DNA from: Alphaproteobacteria bacterium
Lineage (GTDB): Bacteria; Pseudomonadota; Alphaproteobacteria; CALKHQ01
Reading direction: 5' to 3'
Length of the DNA stretch: 64,000 nt
Assembly (NCBI GenBank): GCA_965227515.1
Contig: CBDDFZ010000001.1
Span: forward strand, 2,880,001 to 2,944,000
This document shows, one piece after another, positions 52,500 through 62,412 of this stretch. How positions within the stretch are numbered: the stretch's first letter is position 1; each line of letters begins with the position of its first letter. The notes beneath the pieces were generated by a model, which saw nothing but the letters and a program-made list of their open reading frames with translations, did not search any database and was not told the DNA's origin. The translations under genes and the position numbers were made by a program.

Positions 52500-55214
52500 A
52501 TGGTCAGCTTCATCAAGGCATCGCCCCTGCGGCGCATCACGGCGTTTGTGGCAGCGTTCCTGGCCATCTCCGCCAACGTCTATCTTTTCACTCAATCCTT
52601 GGACGCCGCTGCGCCGGGTTGGATCGTTCAGGCAACCGCGGTGTTCGATGCGCTGATGGTCCTGTTGCTCCTCGCCATAGCCGTCTGGTCGTTCTCACGT
52701 TCGGCACAAACCGAGGCGCTGAAGTCGGAGGCCGAATTGCGGTCTCGCCAACGGGATGAATTGTTCGACCGGTTCCTGGAGATGCTGCCGTGCGCGGTCT
52801 TGGTGAAGGACGTGCCCGCAGGCTACGTCTTTTCGCACTGGAACCAGATGTCAGCCGACATTCTGGGCGTATCGCGAGAGGATGCGATCGGCCGAACGGA
52901 CTTCGATATCTGGCCGACTGATGAGGCAGAAGTCTTTTACGAGATCGACAAGGCGGCCTGCGAGCGCAACGAGACGATTGATATTCCGTGTGAAATTCTG
53001 ACCACCAAGAATGGCACAAAAAAACTGCATACCCGCAAAACGCCTGTTGCGGACGAGAATGGCGACCCGCGTTACTTGTTCGTGGTGATCGAGGATGTCA
53101 CCGAGCAAATGAACCAGCTCGACGAATTGGACAAATACCGCGACACACTGGAACAGCAGGTGGCGGAGCGGACCAAGGAACTGAACGACGCCTTGATCGA
53201 GGCGGAGGAGGCCAACCGGCACAAGTCGGCCTTTCTTGCTTCTGTCAGCCACGAGATGCGGACGCCCATGAACGGCATCATGGGCATGGGCGAGCTGCTG
53301 AACCGGACCACTATGACACCGGCGCAGCGGCGTTACGCGACCCAGATCCAGTCATCCGCCGAGCAACTCATCAAGCTCATCGAGGACCTCCTCGATCTCT
53401 CCAAGATCGAGGCCGGACGCATGGAACTCGATCCCCAGCCGATGGAGCTGGACGCGCTGTTCCGGGACCTGGCGAGCCATTGGAGAATCCGCCTGCAGGA
53501 CAATCCGGTCAAACTGTCGGTGCGGATCGCGGAAGGCGTGCCCAACAACATCGTGGCCGACAAACAGCGCCTGCGTCAGATCCTGACCAACCTTGTCGGC
53601 AATGCGTTCAAGTTCACCAAGTCTGGCTCGATAACGGTAAGTGCTACCCTGGAGCACGATGAGTTTGGCGAAGTGTTGTGCATGTCGGTGCGCGATACCG
53701 GCATTGGTATCGACCCGGCATCACACGACAAGGTGTTCGAATCGTTCCGCCAGGCCGACGCTTCGACCACCCGTCAGTATGGCGGCACGGGCCTGGGCCT
53801 CGCCATCACCGGTCAGTTGGTGAACATGATGTACGGCAAGGTCTCGCTTGAGAGCGAGCTTGGCAAGGGCGCCTGTTTCGAGGTGCGCATACCGCTGGAG
53901 CGCGCAGCGGTACGGGGAGGCGCAGGCGGTGCGGTCCCTGACGTTTCCTGGCGCGAGATGATGCCGGATGCGAACGAACTGGACGAAAAGGCGGCTTCCG
54001 AGACCGGGGATGTGGCGCCGAACGCATTTGCGGGACTGCGCGTCCTTGTTGCCGAGGACAACCGCGTCAACATGGCGTTCCTGGCCGAGACGCTCGAACT
54101 TCTGGGGTGCGAATACGACGTGGCGAGCACCGGCAAGGAGGCCGTGGAAATGGCCGAACGGTCGGTCTACGACCTGGTGCTGATGGATTGCATGATGCCG
54201 GAGATGGATGGTTTCGAGGCCACCCAATCGATCCGCGCGATAGATGGCGGCCAGGGTTGCAGCCCGAACGTCCCGATCGTCGCGCTAACGGCAAATGCGA
54301 TGAAAGGAGATCGGGACCGGTGCCTGCAGGCCGGCATGAACGACTATCTGAGCAAACCGCTGCGCGGCAAGAAATTGCAAGACATGATCGGCAAGTACTT
54401 CACCCATGGCGGCGGCCTGTTGGCTATTGCGACCGACCATTGGCCCGAGGACGCGAGCGAAGCTGGCGGCGACGAGCTTGAATTCGAGGTGGATATCGAC
54501 GTCGAGGCGGATATCGACGTCGAGGCTGGGGCGGATAGCGAGAGCGTTGCCGGCGATGAGCTCACTCTGGATGCGTTGGAAGTCACCGCGGAACCGGCGC
54601 CCGACTGGCAGCCAGAACGACAGATCAACATGCTGGTGTCTCCCGAGGTTTCTCCACCAGCGCCGGCGGAGGCTGAGATGCCCGACAGATCGGCGCCGAA
54701 TGGCACCTCGCATCATCCGATCCCGGTATCGCAAGACCGCGCGACGAAGAATGTTGACATGCCGCTGAACGCTACATCCCAAGAGATGCCGCAGTCGCCT
54801 GAGCCTGAGCCTGAGTCTGAGCCGGAGCCGGAATCGGAGCCGGCGCATGGCGGCGATGGGGAGGGCGTGCTGGACGAGAAATTGGTGCGCCGCGCGCTCG
54901 ACACCATGCGCAAACAGTTCGCGACGATCCTCGACTGCTACTATGAGGACGCCGAGCAGATGATCGAGACGATCCAGGGCACCGGCGACGACATCGATGA
55001 AGTCGTCCGTGCGGCGCACACGCTGAAGTCGATGAGCATGCAGATGGGCGCGGTGGCCATCGCGGGGCGGGCGCGCGACCTGGAGCGTCAGGCGAAGGAG
55101 GTCGCGGCGGACGGCGGCCTGGAGAAATGGGCCGAGACGGGGCCGGATGCCGCGGCGGCGCTGTCGGACCTGATGACCCGCACGCGCAGCGCCTTCGAAA
55201 CCTACGCGCAGTAG
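52500..55214 (+). CDS. Hybrid sensor kinase (2 TM-PAS-HisKA-HATPase-REC-Hpt)
   Basis: SHEMRTPMNG, NLVGNAFKFT, GGTGLGL, DCMMPEMDG, AHTLKS. Confidence 0.92.
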   Translation: MVSFIKASPLRRITAFVAAFLAISANVYLFTQSLDAAAPGWIVQATAVFDALMVLLLLAIAVWSFSRSAQTEALKSEAELRSRQRDELFDRFLEMLPCAVLVKDVPAGYVFSHWNQMSADILGVSREDAIGRTDFDIWPTDEAEVFYEIDKAACERNETIDIPCEILTTKNGTKKLHTRKTPVADENGDPRYLFVVIEDVTEQMNQLDELDKYRDTLEQQVAERTKELNDALIEAEEANRHKSAFLASVSHEMRTPMNGIMGMGELLNRTTMTPAQRRYATQIQSSAEQLIKLIEDLLDLSKIEAGRMELDPQPMELDALFRDLASHWRIRLQDNPVKLSVRIAEGVPNNIVADKQRLRQILTNLVGNAFKFTKSGSITVSATLEHDEFGEVLCMSVRDTGIGIDPASHDKVFESFRQADASTTRQYGGTGLGLAITGQLVNMMYGKVSLESELGKGACFEVRIPLERAAVRGGAGGAVPDVSWREMMPDANELDEKAASETGDVAPNAFAGLRVLVAEDNRVNMAFLAETLELLGCEYDVASTGKEAVEMAERSVYDLVLMDCMMPEMDGFEATQSIRAIDGGQGCSPNVPIVALTANAMKGDRDRCLQAGMNDYLSKPLRGKKLQDMIGKYFTHGGGLLAIATDHWPEDASEAGGDELEFEVDIDVEADIDVEAGADSESVAGDELTLDALEVTAEPAPDWQPERQINMLVSPEVSPPAPAEAEMPDRSAPNGTSHHPIPVSQDRATKNVDMPLNATSQEMPQSPEPEPESEPEPESEPAHGGDGEGVLDEKLVRRALDTMRKQFATILDCYYEDAEQMIETIQGTGDDIDEVVRAAHTLKSMSMQMGAVAIAGRARDLERQAKEVAADGGLEKWAETGPDAAAALSDLMTRTRSAFETYAQ

Positions 55215-55225
55215 GGCGCGCGCAC

Positions 55226-55939
55226 CTACATCGTGACGTCGTCGCGGCAGTTGACCACCAGTTCGGCGACCGACGCGTTGTTGGAGAGGCCGAGCAGCAT
55301 CAGGACGACGCTGGCGATGTCGCCGGGCTCCATCATCTGCTCGTGTGGGAAGGTCGCGACGTCGGCGGTCATGTCGGTGGCGACGAAGCCGGGGCAGAGC
55401 GCGGTGCAGCGCACCCCGTCGTCCCAGCCGGCGCGGCGGGTGGCGTGCGACATGGCGACAGCCGCGAACTTGCTCATCGCGTAGCCGACATTGTTGTTGT
55501 AGACGGCCTTGCCGGCGATGGAGCAGACGTTGATCACGCGCCCCGACCCGCAGGCGCGCAGGTGCGGCAGCGCGTTGCGGATCATCGACAGCGGCGCCTT
55601 CACGTTGACCGCCCACATCCGGTCCAGGTCGTCGTCGTTGTCGTCCTCCACCGTGACGCGCACCACCATGCCGGCATTGTTGACCAGGCCGTCGATGCGG
55701 CCGAAACGCTCGGCGGTCGCCGCGGCCCAGGCGGCGTGGGTGGCCTTGTCCTCACCGTCATAGCGGTGGGTCATGACGCGGTCCGGCTGCCAGCCCTCGA
55801 TCACCGGCGCCAGGCTTGCGGTGTCGCGCGCGCCAAGGCTCAGCGTGTAGCCGGCATCGTACAGCGCCTCGGCAATGGCGCGGCCGATGCCCCGGTTGGC
55901 GCCGGAGATCATGATCACCCGGCCTTCAGATGTCAGCAT
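55226..55939 (-). CDS. SDR family oxidoreductase
   Basis: SGANRGIG, NNAG, YAMSK, PGFVAT. Confidence 0.9.
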   Translation of the reverse strand: MLTSEGRVIMISGANRGIGRAIAEALYDAGYTLSLGARDTASLAPVIEGWQPDRVMTHRYDGEDKATHAAWAAATAERFGRIDGLVNNAGMVVRVTVEDDNDDDLDRMWAVNVKAPLSMIRNALPHLRACGSGRVINVCSIAGKAVYNNNVGYAMSKFAAVAMSHATRRAGWDDGVRCTALCPGFVATDMTADVATFPHEQMMEPGDIASVVLMLLGLSNNASVAELVVNCRDDVTM

Positions 55940-55969
55940 GCGAAAGGCCCCTTCGTGCTGGGGTGATGC

Positions 55970-56962
55970 TCAGTCGTAAAGGGCGACGCAGCGCACTTCG
56001 ATGCTCCAGCGGTCCGGTGCATCCGGCGGGGTCATAGGGTCGGCAAAGGCGCTGTGGAAGCTGAAGGTGCAGGGCTGGCCGCCCTCCAGCGTGTCGGCCT
56101 GCGCACCTCCGCTCTTGGCCAGTTGGCCATCGGAGTCCCACTGCTTGATCAGCAGGCCCTCGTCGCGAGTGAGCTCCGGGTAGAGATACCAGCGGTGGCG
56201 GTCGGCCTGTTTGGCGAAATAGTTCTCGCCGATCCGGTCGGCATAATGGATTTCGAACACCACCAGGTCCTCCGGCTCCACGCTGGTGGCGTCGCAGAGC
56301 GCCAGCGGATGGGTCACAACGGGCGTGTCGGCGATGTTGCGCCAGACATTGATGATGGCGAAGTGGCCATGGTCGAGCGCCTGGGCCACTTCGCCCGCAT
56401 CGAGCAGGCTTTCGCCCTCGCCGAGCGTTGTGCGGTAAGTGTCGTTGGTGGCCGGTGGCTTGGTCAGGTCGCGCAGGCGCTGCGGGGCGCTGGTCAGGGT
56501 GTAGTCGCCGTGGACCACGTGTGCCGGCCCCTGGACCTGCTGGCCGCCCTCGATGCGGCGCTTGCTCGATTTGCCCGAGGCGGAGCGGACGTTGTGGTCG
56601 AACGCGGCCACGGTGCGGGCACCGCTGGCCGTGCGCACCAGGTCCACGCACTGCGGATAGTACTGCCGCACCACGCTCTCATGGTCGAAGAAGTCGACGC
56701 TGCCTTCGATGGTCGAGGGGCGCATCTCGAAGCCGTTGGCGGCCAGCGTTGGCTGATCGCGGGACGTCAGCGCGCGGGCGTCGGCCACCTGCATGGTGCG
56801 GTCTTCCAGGTCCACGCCCTCCCACACCGCGTCGCTGCCGTCCCGGTCGCGGCGCGTCAGCACCTTGCCGTTGCGATAGAGGGAATGCTCCACCGACGGC
56901 ACCAGGTACTTGAACGAACCGGCGCGCGCCGGCGCGGGTGCTTCGTGTGCTGCGGAACTCAT
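55970..56962 (-). CDS. CmcJ/NvfI-family oxidoreductase
   Basis: FDHNVR, VHGDYT, INVWRNI..PLALCD, WYLYPELTRDE.LLIKQWDS, HSAF.DP..RWSIEVR. Start at ATG 56962. Confidence 0.8.
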   Translation of the reverse strand: MSSAAHEAPAPARAGSFKYLVPSVEHSLYRNGKVLTRRDRDGSDAVWEGVDLEDRTMQVADARALTSRDQPTLAANGFEMRPSTIEGSVDFFDHESVVRQYYPQCVDLVRTASGARTVAAFDHNVRSASGKSSKRRIEGGQQVQGPAHVVHGDYTLTSAPQRLRDLTKPPATNDTYRTTLGEGESLLDAGEVAQALDHGHFAIINVWRNIADTPVVTHPLALCDATSVEPEDLVVFEIHYADRIGENYFAKQADRHRWYLYPELTRDEGLLIKQWDSDGQLAKSGGAQADTLEGGQPCTFSFHSAFADPMTPPDAPDRWSIEVRCVALYD

Positions 56963-57094
56963 GACGGCAAATCCCTTGCTGCGGTGGCATCGGTGCTCCC
57001 GGCCGTGTGCATAGCACGGCGTCAGGCACCCTGATAAGTTGGGGCACTGAACCACGAAAGGCGATGGCAAATCGCCACTACGATTTGGGAGGAA

Positions 57095-57736
57095 ATGCCG
57101 GTGGACATCTACGCCGATCCGATCACCGTGAACTGCCGCAAGGTGCTGGCTGGCCTGGACCTGATGGGCGCCGACTACACGCTCAGCAAGGTCGACTATT
57201 TCAAGGGTGAGCAGAAGGGCGACGCCTATGTGGCGATCAACCCGAACGCGGCGTTGCCGGCGATGAAGGACGATGACCTGGTACTGTGGGAGTCCAACGC
57301 GATCCTGCAATATGCCGCCGACAAGCAGGGCCGGGCCGATCTCTACCCGACCGGGCTGGCCGACAGGGCCGATGTGAACCGCTGGCTGTTGTGGGAGGCC
57401 GGGGCCTGGTTCCCGACCTGCTACGTCTATCTGGTGGAAAACTGCGTCAAGCCGCTGCTGGGCGGCGCGCCCGACCAGGCGATCCTGGACGGCGAGGCGG
57501 ACAATTTTCACAAGCTGGCCGGCATTCTGGATGCGCGGCTGGCCCAAAACGCCTGGGTTTGCGGCGACGGCGTGACCATCGCCGACATTGCCGTGGCCGC
57601 GCCGATGCACCTCTACGAGTGGGCAAAGCTGCCGCTGGACCGGCACCAGAACGTCATGCGCTGGATGACCCAGAACGTCGAGCAACTGCCGAGCTGGAAG
57701 AAGACCCACGTCGGCGAGGGCTTCACGTTAGGGTAG
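57095..57736 (+). CDS. Glutathione S-transferase family protein
   Basis: INPNAALP, LWESNAILQY, TIADIA; GGAGG Shine-Dalgarno. Confidence 0.92.
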   Translation: MPVDIYADPITVNCRKVLAGLDLMGADYTLSKVDYFKGEQKGDAYVAINPNAALPAMKDDDLVLWESNAILQYAADKQGRADLYPTGLADRADVNRWLLWEAGAWFPTCYVYLVENCVKPLLGGAPDQAILDGEADNFHKLAGILDARLAQNAWVCGDGVTIADIAVAAPMHLYEWAKLPLDRHQNVMRWMTQNVEQLPSWKKTHVGEGFTLG

Positions 57737-57794
57737 GGTCTTCCCGCATTGCCACCTCTTGTGGCTGGCAACTCCACCAAGAATACCAAAATTC

Positions 57795-57969
57795 GTCGCC
57801 CTCGCGCTTGTCGCGAGGGCCCATTTGCGGGACGCGCCGCGCCAGTGCCGAATAGAGCGGCCAGAGGTTGCACATCCTAATCGTGCGCCTGCCTCACGGG
57901 GTAACGGGTAGACTTAACCTATTGAGTTCCTGGACATAAATGGGTCCTCGCCACGAGGGCGAGGACGAC
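57795..57969. repeat. REP-like doublet: two 32-bp palindromic units in inverted orientation
   Basis: GTCGCCCTCGCGCTTGTCGCGAGGGCCCATTT (57795-826) and AAATGGGTCCTCGCCACGAGGGCGAGGACGAC (57938-969) are mutual imperfect inverted repeats, each a hairpin on its own. Confidence 0.7.
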
Positions 57970-57976
57970 AGGCTCT

Positions 57977-58138
57977 TCAGTTGCGGTCAATCAGATACTA
58001 GGCCACGTCGATCTGGCCGCGGTCGAAGCCGACCTCGCAATAGGACAGGTAGTAGCGCCACATGCGCCGGAAGCGCTGGTCGAAGCCCAGCCGTTCGATT
58101 GCCGGCCAGTTGCCCTCGAACGCCTTCGCCCAGCGCCG
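57977..58138 (-). pseudogene. Orphan duplicated 3' end of the cfa-like methyltransferase gene
   Basis: 57986-58138 aligns without gaps to 58959-59111 (12 mismatches in 153 by hand count). Reads RRWAKAFEGNWPAIERLGFDQRFRRMWRYYLSYCEVGFDRGQIDVA*YLIDRN* with an internal TAG. Confidence 0.9.
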
Positions 58139-58178
58139 TAGGGTTGACACGACAAGATTTGCCGGGACAACATTCGGT

Positions 58179-58910
58179 ATGCGCTTGTTGGTTGTATTTC
58201 TATTGTTTTGGCCCGGCGTCGCCAGCGCCTCCGAGATCGTCAGCTACGAAGGCGAGACTTTGGACGGAGAGCCGCACGGACACGGCACTGCGATTATGGC
58301 CGATGGGCGGGTGATAACCGGCGAGTACCGCGATGGTGGATGGACTGGTAGCGGATACACAGAGGTTATTTATCCTAGCGGCAATCGCTACGAGGGCAAT
58401 TTCGAGAATTTTTTGAAGCACGGAAATGGAGTCCATAGACAGCCGGACGGGCTGATCTATTCAGGTGGATGGAGCGACGGGCTCTGGGACGGCTACGGGG
58501 CTATCAGGGGCGCAAACGACTTCTCCTACGGAGGCGACTTCGAGCGCGGATTTGCCGATGGCTATGGCATAGCAATCTATCCAGACTGCAGTCGTTACGA
58601 GGGCCAATGGCGTCAAGGCTATCAGTCCGGATCAGGCGCAATGACAACGTGCGCTGGCGATGTCTACGAGGGCTATTGGCTCAACGGACGTCCTCACGGC
58701 TACGGTGAGTATACGGACGCTCAGGGTGAGATTCGGCACGGGAAATGGTTCCACGGCTGTTACTTCAACCCTCCACGCGAGACCGCATGGATCAACATCA
58801 CGCCACAGGAATGCGGTTTCGCAGCTCCAGATTGGGAGAATGCTGAGCCCATTCCGATCATTCCCGTGGGCATGACTTCAAATGTCGTGCATGCCGCTTA
58901 CCCGAAGTGA
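58179..58910 (+). CDS. Secreted MORN-repeat protein
   Basis: Signal peptide MRLLVVFLLFWPGVASA; repeats YEGxWxxGxxHGxG; lower GC than its flanks. Confidence 0.88.
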   Translation: MRLLVVFLLFWPGVASASEIVSYEGETLDGEPHGHGTAIMADGRVITGEYRDGGWTGSGYTEVIYPSGNRYEGNFENFLKHGNGVHRQPDGLIYSGGWSDGLWDGYGAIRGANDFSYGGDFERGFADGYGIAIYPDCSRYEGQWRQGYQSGSGAMTTCAGDVYEGYWLNGRPHGYGEYTDAQGEIRHGKWFHGCYFNPPRETAWINITPQECGFAAPDWENAEPIPIIPVGMTSNVVHAAYPK

Positions 58911-58955
58911 GCCAGACATCAGCTCGTCAAAGGTCGATGGCCCTGGGTTCGTTGC

Positions 58956-60188
58956 TCAGTCGATCAGGTACTGCGCCACGTCGATCTGGCCGCGGTCGAA
59001 GCCGACCTCGCAGTACGAGAGGTAGTAGCGCCACATGCGCCGGAAGCGCTGGTCGAAGCCCAGCCGTTCGATTGCCGGCCACCTGGCCTCGAACGCCGTG
59101 GCCCAGCGCCGCAACGTCTCTGCGTATGACCGCCCGAATGACAGCCGGTCTGCGATGCGCAGGCCCGACCGGGCGGCCACCTCGTCCAGCACGCCCTCGC
59201 TCGGCAGCATGCCGCCGGGGAAGATGTAGCGCTGGATGAAATCCGGGTTGCGGCGGTAGGTCTCGTACACCGCGTCGTCGATGGTGATGATCTGGAGCGC
59301 CGCCCGCCCGCCCGGGGCCAGCACGCGCCGGACCATGTCGAAATACGAAGGCCAATAGGCCTCGCCGACAGCCTCGAACATCTCGATCGAGGCAACCTTG
59401 TCGAACTGTTCCTGGACGTCGCGGTAGTCCTGCACCCGGATGTCGACCTTGTCGGCCAGGCCGGCCCGTTCCACGCGCTGGCGGGCATAGCTGGCCTGCT
59501 CGACCGAGAGCGTGATGCCGGTGACGGTGCAGCCGAATTCACCGGCCGCCATTTCCGCGAACCCGCCCCAGCCGCATCCGATCTCCAGCACGCGGTCGCC
59601 CGGCTGGAGGTCCAGCATCGTCGCCAGTTGCCGGTTCTTGCGTCGCTGCGCGTCGGCCAGCGGCTCGTTGCCGTCGACGAACAGGGCCGACGAGTAGGTC
59701 ATGGTCTCGTCCAGCCACAGCCGGTAGAAGTCGTTGCCCAGGTCGTAGTGGGCGGCAATGTTGCGTTTGCTGCCGCTACGGGTGTTGTCGCGCAGACGGT
59801 GCCGCAGCCGGTTCAGCGCGGTGGTCAGCCAGGACCGCTTCCAGGCGCTTTTCATGTCGGCGGCGTTGTTCGCCATCAAGGTAAGAACGGCGGACAGGTC
59901 CGGCGTCTCCCATTCTCCCGCCAGATAGGCCTCGGCGAACCCCATGTCGCCCGACGCGATGATGCGCCTGGTCATGCCGATGTCGCGGATGGTGACGGCG
60001 GCGCGCAGATCGGACGTCTTGTCGCCGTAAGTGCCCTGGAAGCCGGACGGAAAGGTCACCGTCAGATGGCCGTGGGCCAGCAGCTTCAGCCAGCGCCGCG
60101 CCAGGTGTTCGCGCAGCCCCGCGGGCCGGCTGCGCTGCCGGTGCGACGCGCCGGCGGCGGCGTGGCCGATGGCGTCGTCGCCGCTCAT
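58956..60188 (-). CDS. cfa: Cyclopropane-fatty-acyl-phospholipid synthase family methyltransferase (UfaM/CfaS-like)
   Basis: NIAAHYDLGNDFY, MTYSSA, LEIGCGWG, SIEMFEAVG, FIQRYIFPGGMLP. Confidence 0.92.
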   Translation of the reverse strand: MSGDDAIGHAAAGASHRQRSRPAGLREHLARRWLKLLAHGHLTVTFPSGFQGTYGDKTSDLRAAVTIRDIGMTRRIIASGDMGFAEAYLAGEWETPDLSAVLTLMANNAADMKSAWKRSWLTTALNRLRHRLRDNTRSGSKRNIAAHYDLGNDFYRLWLDETMTYSSALFVDGNEPLADAQRRKNRQLATMLDLQPGDRVLEIGCGWGGFAEMAAGEFGCTVTGITLSVEQASYARQRVERAGLADKVDIRVQDYRDVQEQFDKVASIEMFEAVGEAYWPSYFDMVRRVLAPGGRAALQIITIDDAVYETYRRNPDFIQRYIFPGGMLPSEGVLDEVAARSGLRIADRLSFGRSYAETLRRWATAFEARWPAIERLGFDQRFRRMWRYYLSYCEVGFDRGQIDVAQYLID

Positions 60189-60982
60189 CACGCCCTGGGC
60201 TCGGCCCGGACGGCCGGCCAGTTGCTGCTGGCGTTCGGGGCTTCTGCTGGCCGGTGGGGCAGGGGACGGATGCCCTTCAGCCAGAGGCGCAGCGCTTCCC
60301 AATGGATGCCGGCGAAGACCTTGAACGTCATCAGCGGATGCCGGGCGAGCGTTCGCGCCAACATTGCCGAGGTTAGCGGCCGATGGCGGCCACGAAACGC
60401 CGCCGCCAGGATCGGCCCGTCGCTGTCGCCCACCCGGATGGCCAGCGACACCTCGTCGCCGGGCGGGCGGATGCTGAATGTGTAGCCGGCGTCCATGCCG
60501 ATGAACGGCGAGACGTAGAACCGCTTGTCGCACCTTTGGCGGACCGTGCCGGTGCGCCCGTTGGTGCGGACCGGGATGACGTAGGTGTGGCGCTCGCCGA
60601 AGGTGTTGCGCACCTCGTGCAGCGTTGCGGCCAGGGTGCCGTCGCGCCGGTAGCAGAAATAGACGCTCAGCGGGTTGAAGACGTAGCCCAGGATGCGTGG
60701 GTAGCAGAGCAGGCGCACCGGGCCGTCGTCCCAGTCGATGCCGGCGTCGCGCAGCCGGGCGCCGACCCAGGGGCGCAGCGGCGTGCCGTCGGCGGGGCCG
60801 TGGTCGCGGTCGTGGAAGGCCACCAGCGCGCGCCGGTTATGGCCGAACCAGCGCACGCTCCTGTCGAGGGTCGGCAACTCATCCAGGTCGAGCAGCAGGG
60901 AGAAGACGCGATAGCGCAGGCGGTGCTGCTTCGGGCGTAGCCGGCTGTGCACCACGGCACCTTGGTAGATGGCAGACTGCAT
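60188..60982 (-). CDS. DUF1365 family protein (UfaO-like)
   Basis: YQGAVVHSRLRP, PRILGYVFNPLSVYFC, EVRNTFGERHTY, KRFYVSPF, IHWEALRLWLKG. Confidence 0.92.
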   Translation of the reverse strand: MQSAIYQGAVVHSRLRPKQHRLRYRVFSLLLDLDELPTLDRSVRWFGHNRRALVAFHDRDHGPADGTPLRPWVGARLRDAGIDWDDGPVRLLCYPRILGYVFNPLSVYFCYRRDGTLAATLHEVRNTFGERHTYVIPVRTNGRTGTVRQRCDKRFYVSPFIGMDAGYTFSIRPPGDEVSLAIRVGDSDGPILAAAFRGRHRPLTSAMLARTLARHPLMTFKVFAGIHWEALRLWLKGIRPLPHRPAEAPNASSNWPAVRAEPRA

Positions 60983-60984
60983 GC

Positions 60985-62337
60985 TCACGCCTGTTCCGCC
61001 CATTGCGGAGTGCTGATCGTCAAACGGTCGTTCTCGCCCGGCACGGTCCATGGCCGCCGCGCACCGCCGATGGCCTCGGCCACCGCCAGGCCGGACTGCA
61101 GCGCGTCCTCATGGAAGCCGTAGCCGAAGTAGCTGCCGCAGTACCAGCAGTGGCGGTGGCCCTGCAAGCGCCAGAGGTCGGCCTGCGACGCGATGGCGGC
61201 CCGGTGGTAGTCCGGGTGGGTGACGGTCTGCTCTTCGATCACCAGGTCGGGCGCGGGCTCGACCACCGGGTTCAGGGTGATGAACAGGTCGTCGCGCGGA
61301 TCGAGCGACTGCAGGCGATTGAGCCAATATGTCACGCACAGCGATGCGCGGTCCGGGCCGCCGTCGGGCGCCTCCACCACGTTCCAGCTCGACCAAACGC
61401 GGCGGCGCTTCGGCATCAGCCGGCGGTCGCGATGCGACACCGCGCGGTTGACGGTGTAGCGCCATGACCCCAGCAGGCGCGTCTCGATGGGGTCGGGCGC
61501 CTGCAACAGGCGCAGGGCCTGGTCGGCGTGGGTCGCAATGACGACATGGTCGAATGGGTGCGGGTGGCCGGCGGCGTCGACGACCGCAACGCCGTTCGCG
61601 CGCCGCCGCACGGCCTGCACCGGCGTGTGGCGAATGCGGTCGCGGAAGGGTGCGACCAGGCGGTCGACATATTCGCGGCTGCCGCCGTCCACCGTGCGCC
61701 ATTGCGGGCGTCCGGTCAGCCGCAACAGGCCGTGGCTGTGGAAGAAGCGGATGAACGCTGCGGCCGGGTAGTCCAGCATCGCGGCCGGCGTTGTCGACCA
61801 GATCGCTGCCCCCATCGGTAGCAGGTGATCGTGCACGAACGCGCTGTCAAAACCGCCGGCGCGCAGGTAGTCGCCCAAGCTGAGGTCGGCGACGAGCGGC
61901 TCGTCCAGGTATCGCGCGGCATCGCGGTAGAAATGGCGGATGCCGGCAAGCATGCGCCAGAAGCGTGGGCGCACGGCGTTGCGCCGCTGGCCGACCAGCC
62001 CGTTCAGGCTGGAGCCGGAATATTCAAGGCTGCCGCCGTCCAGCGACGCGGCGAACGACATGTCGCTGGGCTTGGTCGGCACGTCCAGGTGCCGCAGCAG
62101 CGCGGTGAAGTTCGGGTAGTTGGCCTCGTTGTAGACGATGAAGCCGGTGTCCACCGGCACGCTCCGGTCGCCCAGCGTCACATCGACCGTACGCGCGTGG
62201 CCGCCGACGTGGGCGCCGGCTTCGAAGACCGTGACGCGATGGTACTTGTCCAGCAGCCATGCGGCGGACATGCCGGCAATGCCGGTGCCGATGACGGCGA
62301 TGGACATGGGGCGGCTGGTTGGGGGCGGAAGGTTCAA
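60985..62337 (-). CDS. FAD-dependent oxidoreductase (UfaD-like fatty acid desaturase)
   Basis: IGTGIAG, VDTGFIVYNEANYPN, PMGAAIWS, GYGFHEDALQSG. Start may be 62307. Confidence 0.9.
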   Translation of the reverse strand: MNLPPPTSRPMSIAVIGTGIAGMSAAWLLDKYHRVTVFEAGAHVGGHARTVDVTLGDRSVPVDTGFIVYNEANYPNFTALLRHLDVPTKPSDMSFAASLDGGSLEYSGSSLNGLVGQRRNAVRPRFWRMLAGIRHFYRDAARYLDEPLVADLSLGDYLRAGGFDSAFVHDHLLPMGAAIWSTTPAAMLDYPAAAFIRFFHSHGLLRLTGRPQWRTVDGGSREYVDRLVAPFRDRIRHTPVQAVRRRANGVAVVDAAGHPHPFDHVVIATHADQALRLLQAPDPIETRLLGSWRYTVNRAVSHRDRRLMPKRRRVWSSWNVVEAPDGGPDRASLCVTYWLNRLQSLDPRDDLFITLNPVVEPAPDLVIEEQTVTHPDYHRAAIASQADLWRLQGHRHCWYCGSYFGYGFHEDALQSGLAVAEAIGGARRPWTVPGENDRLTISTPQWAEQA

Positions 62338-62412
62338 ATCGGCGGCTCTCGATGTTGGCGGTTATCGAAAACCGCGGTGCAATGATAGCGAACTGCAAAG
62401 GCTCATCGAACT

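Noticed and set aside
58062-58178. N-terminal extension of the MORN ORF
   Set aside because: Mostly the antisense of the duplicated cfa fragment; the signal peptide begins at ATG 58179.
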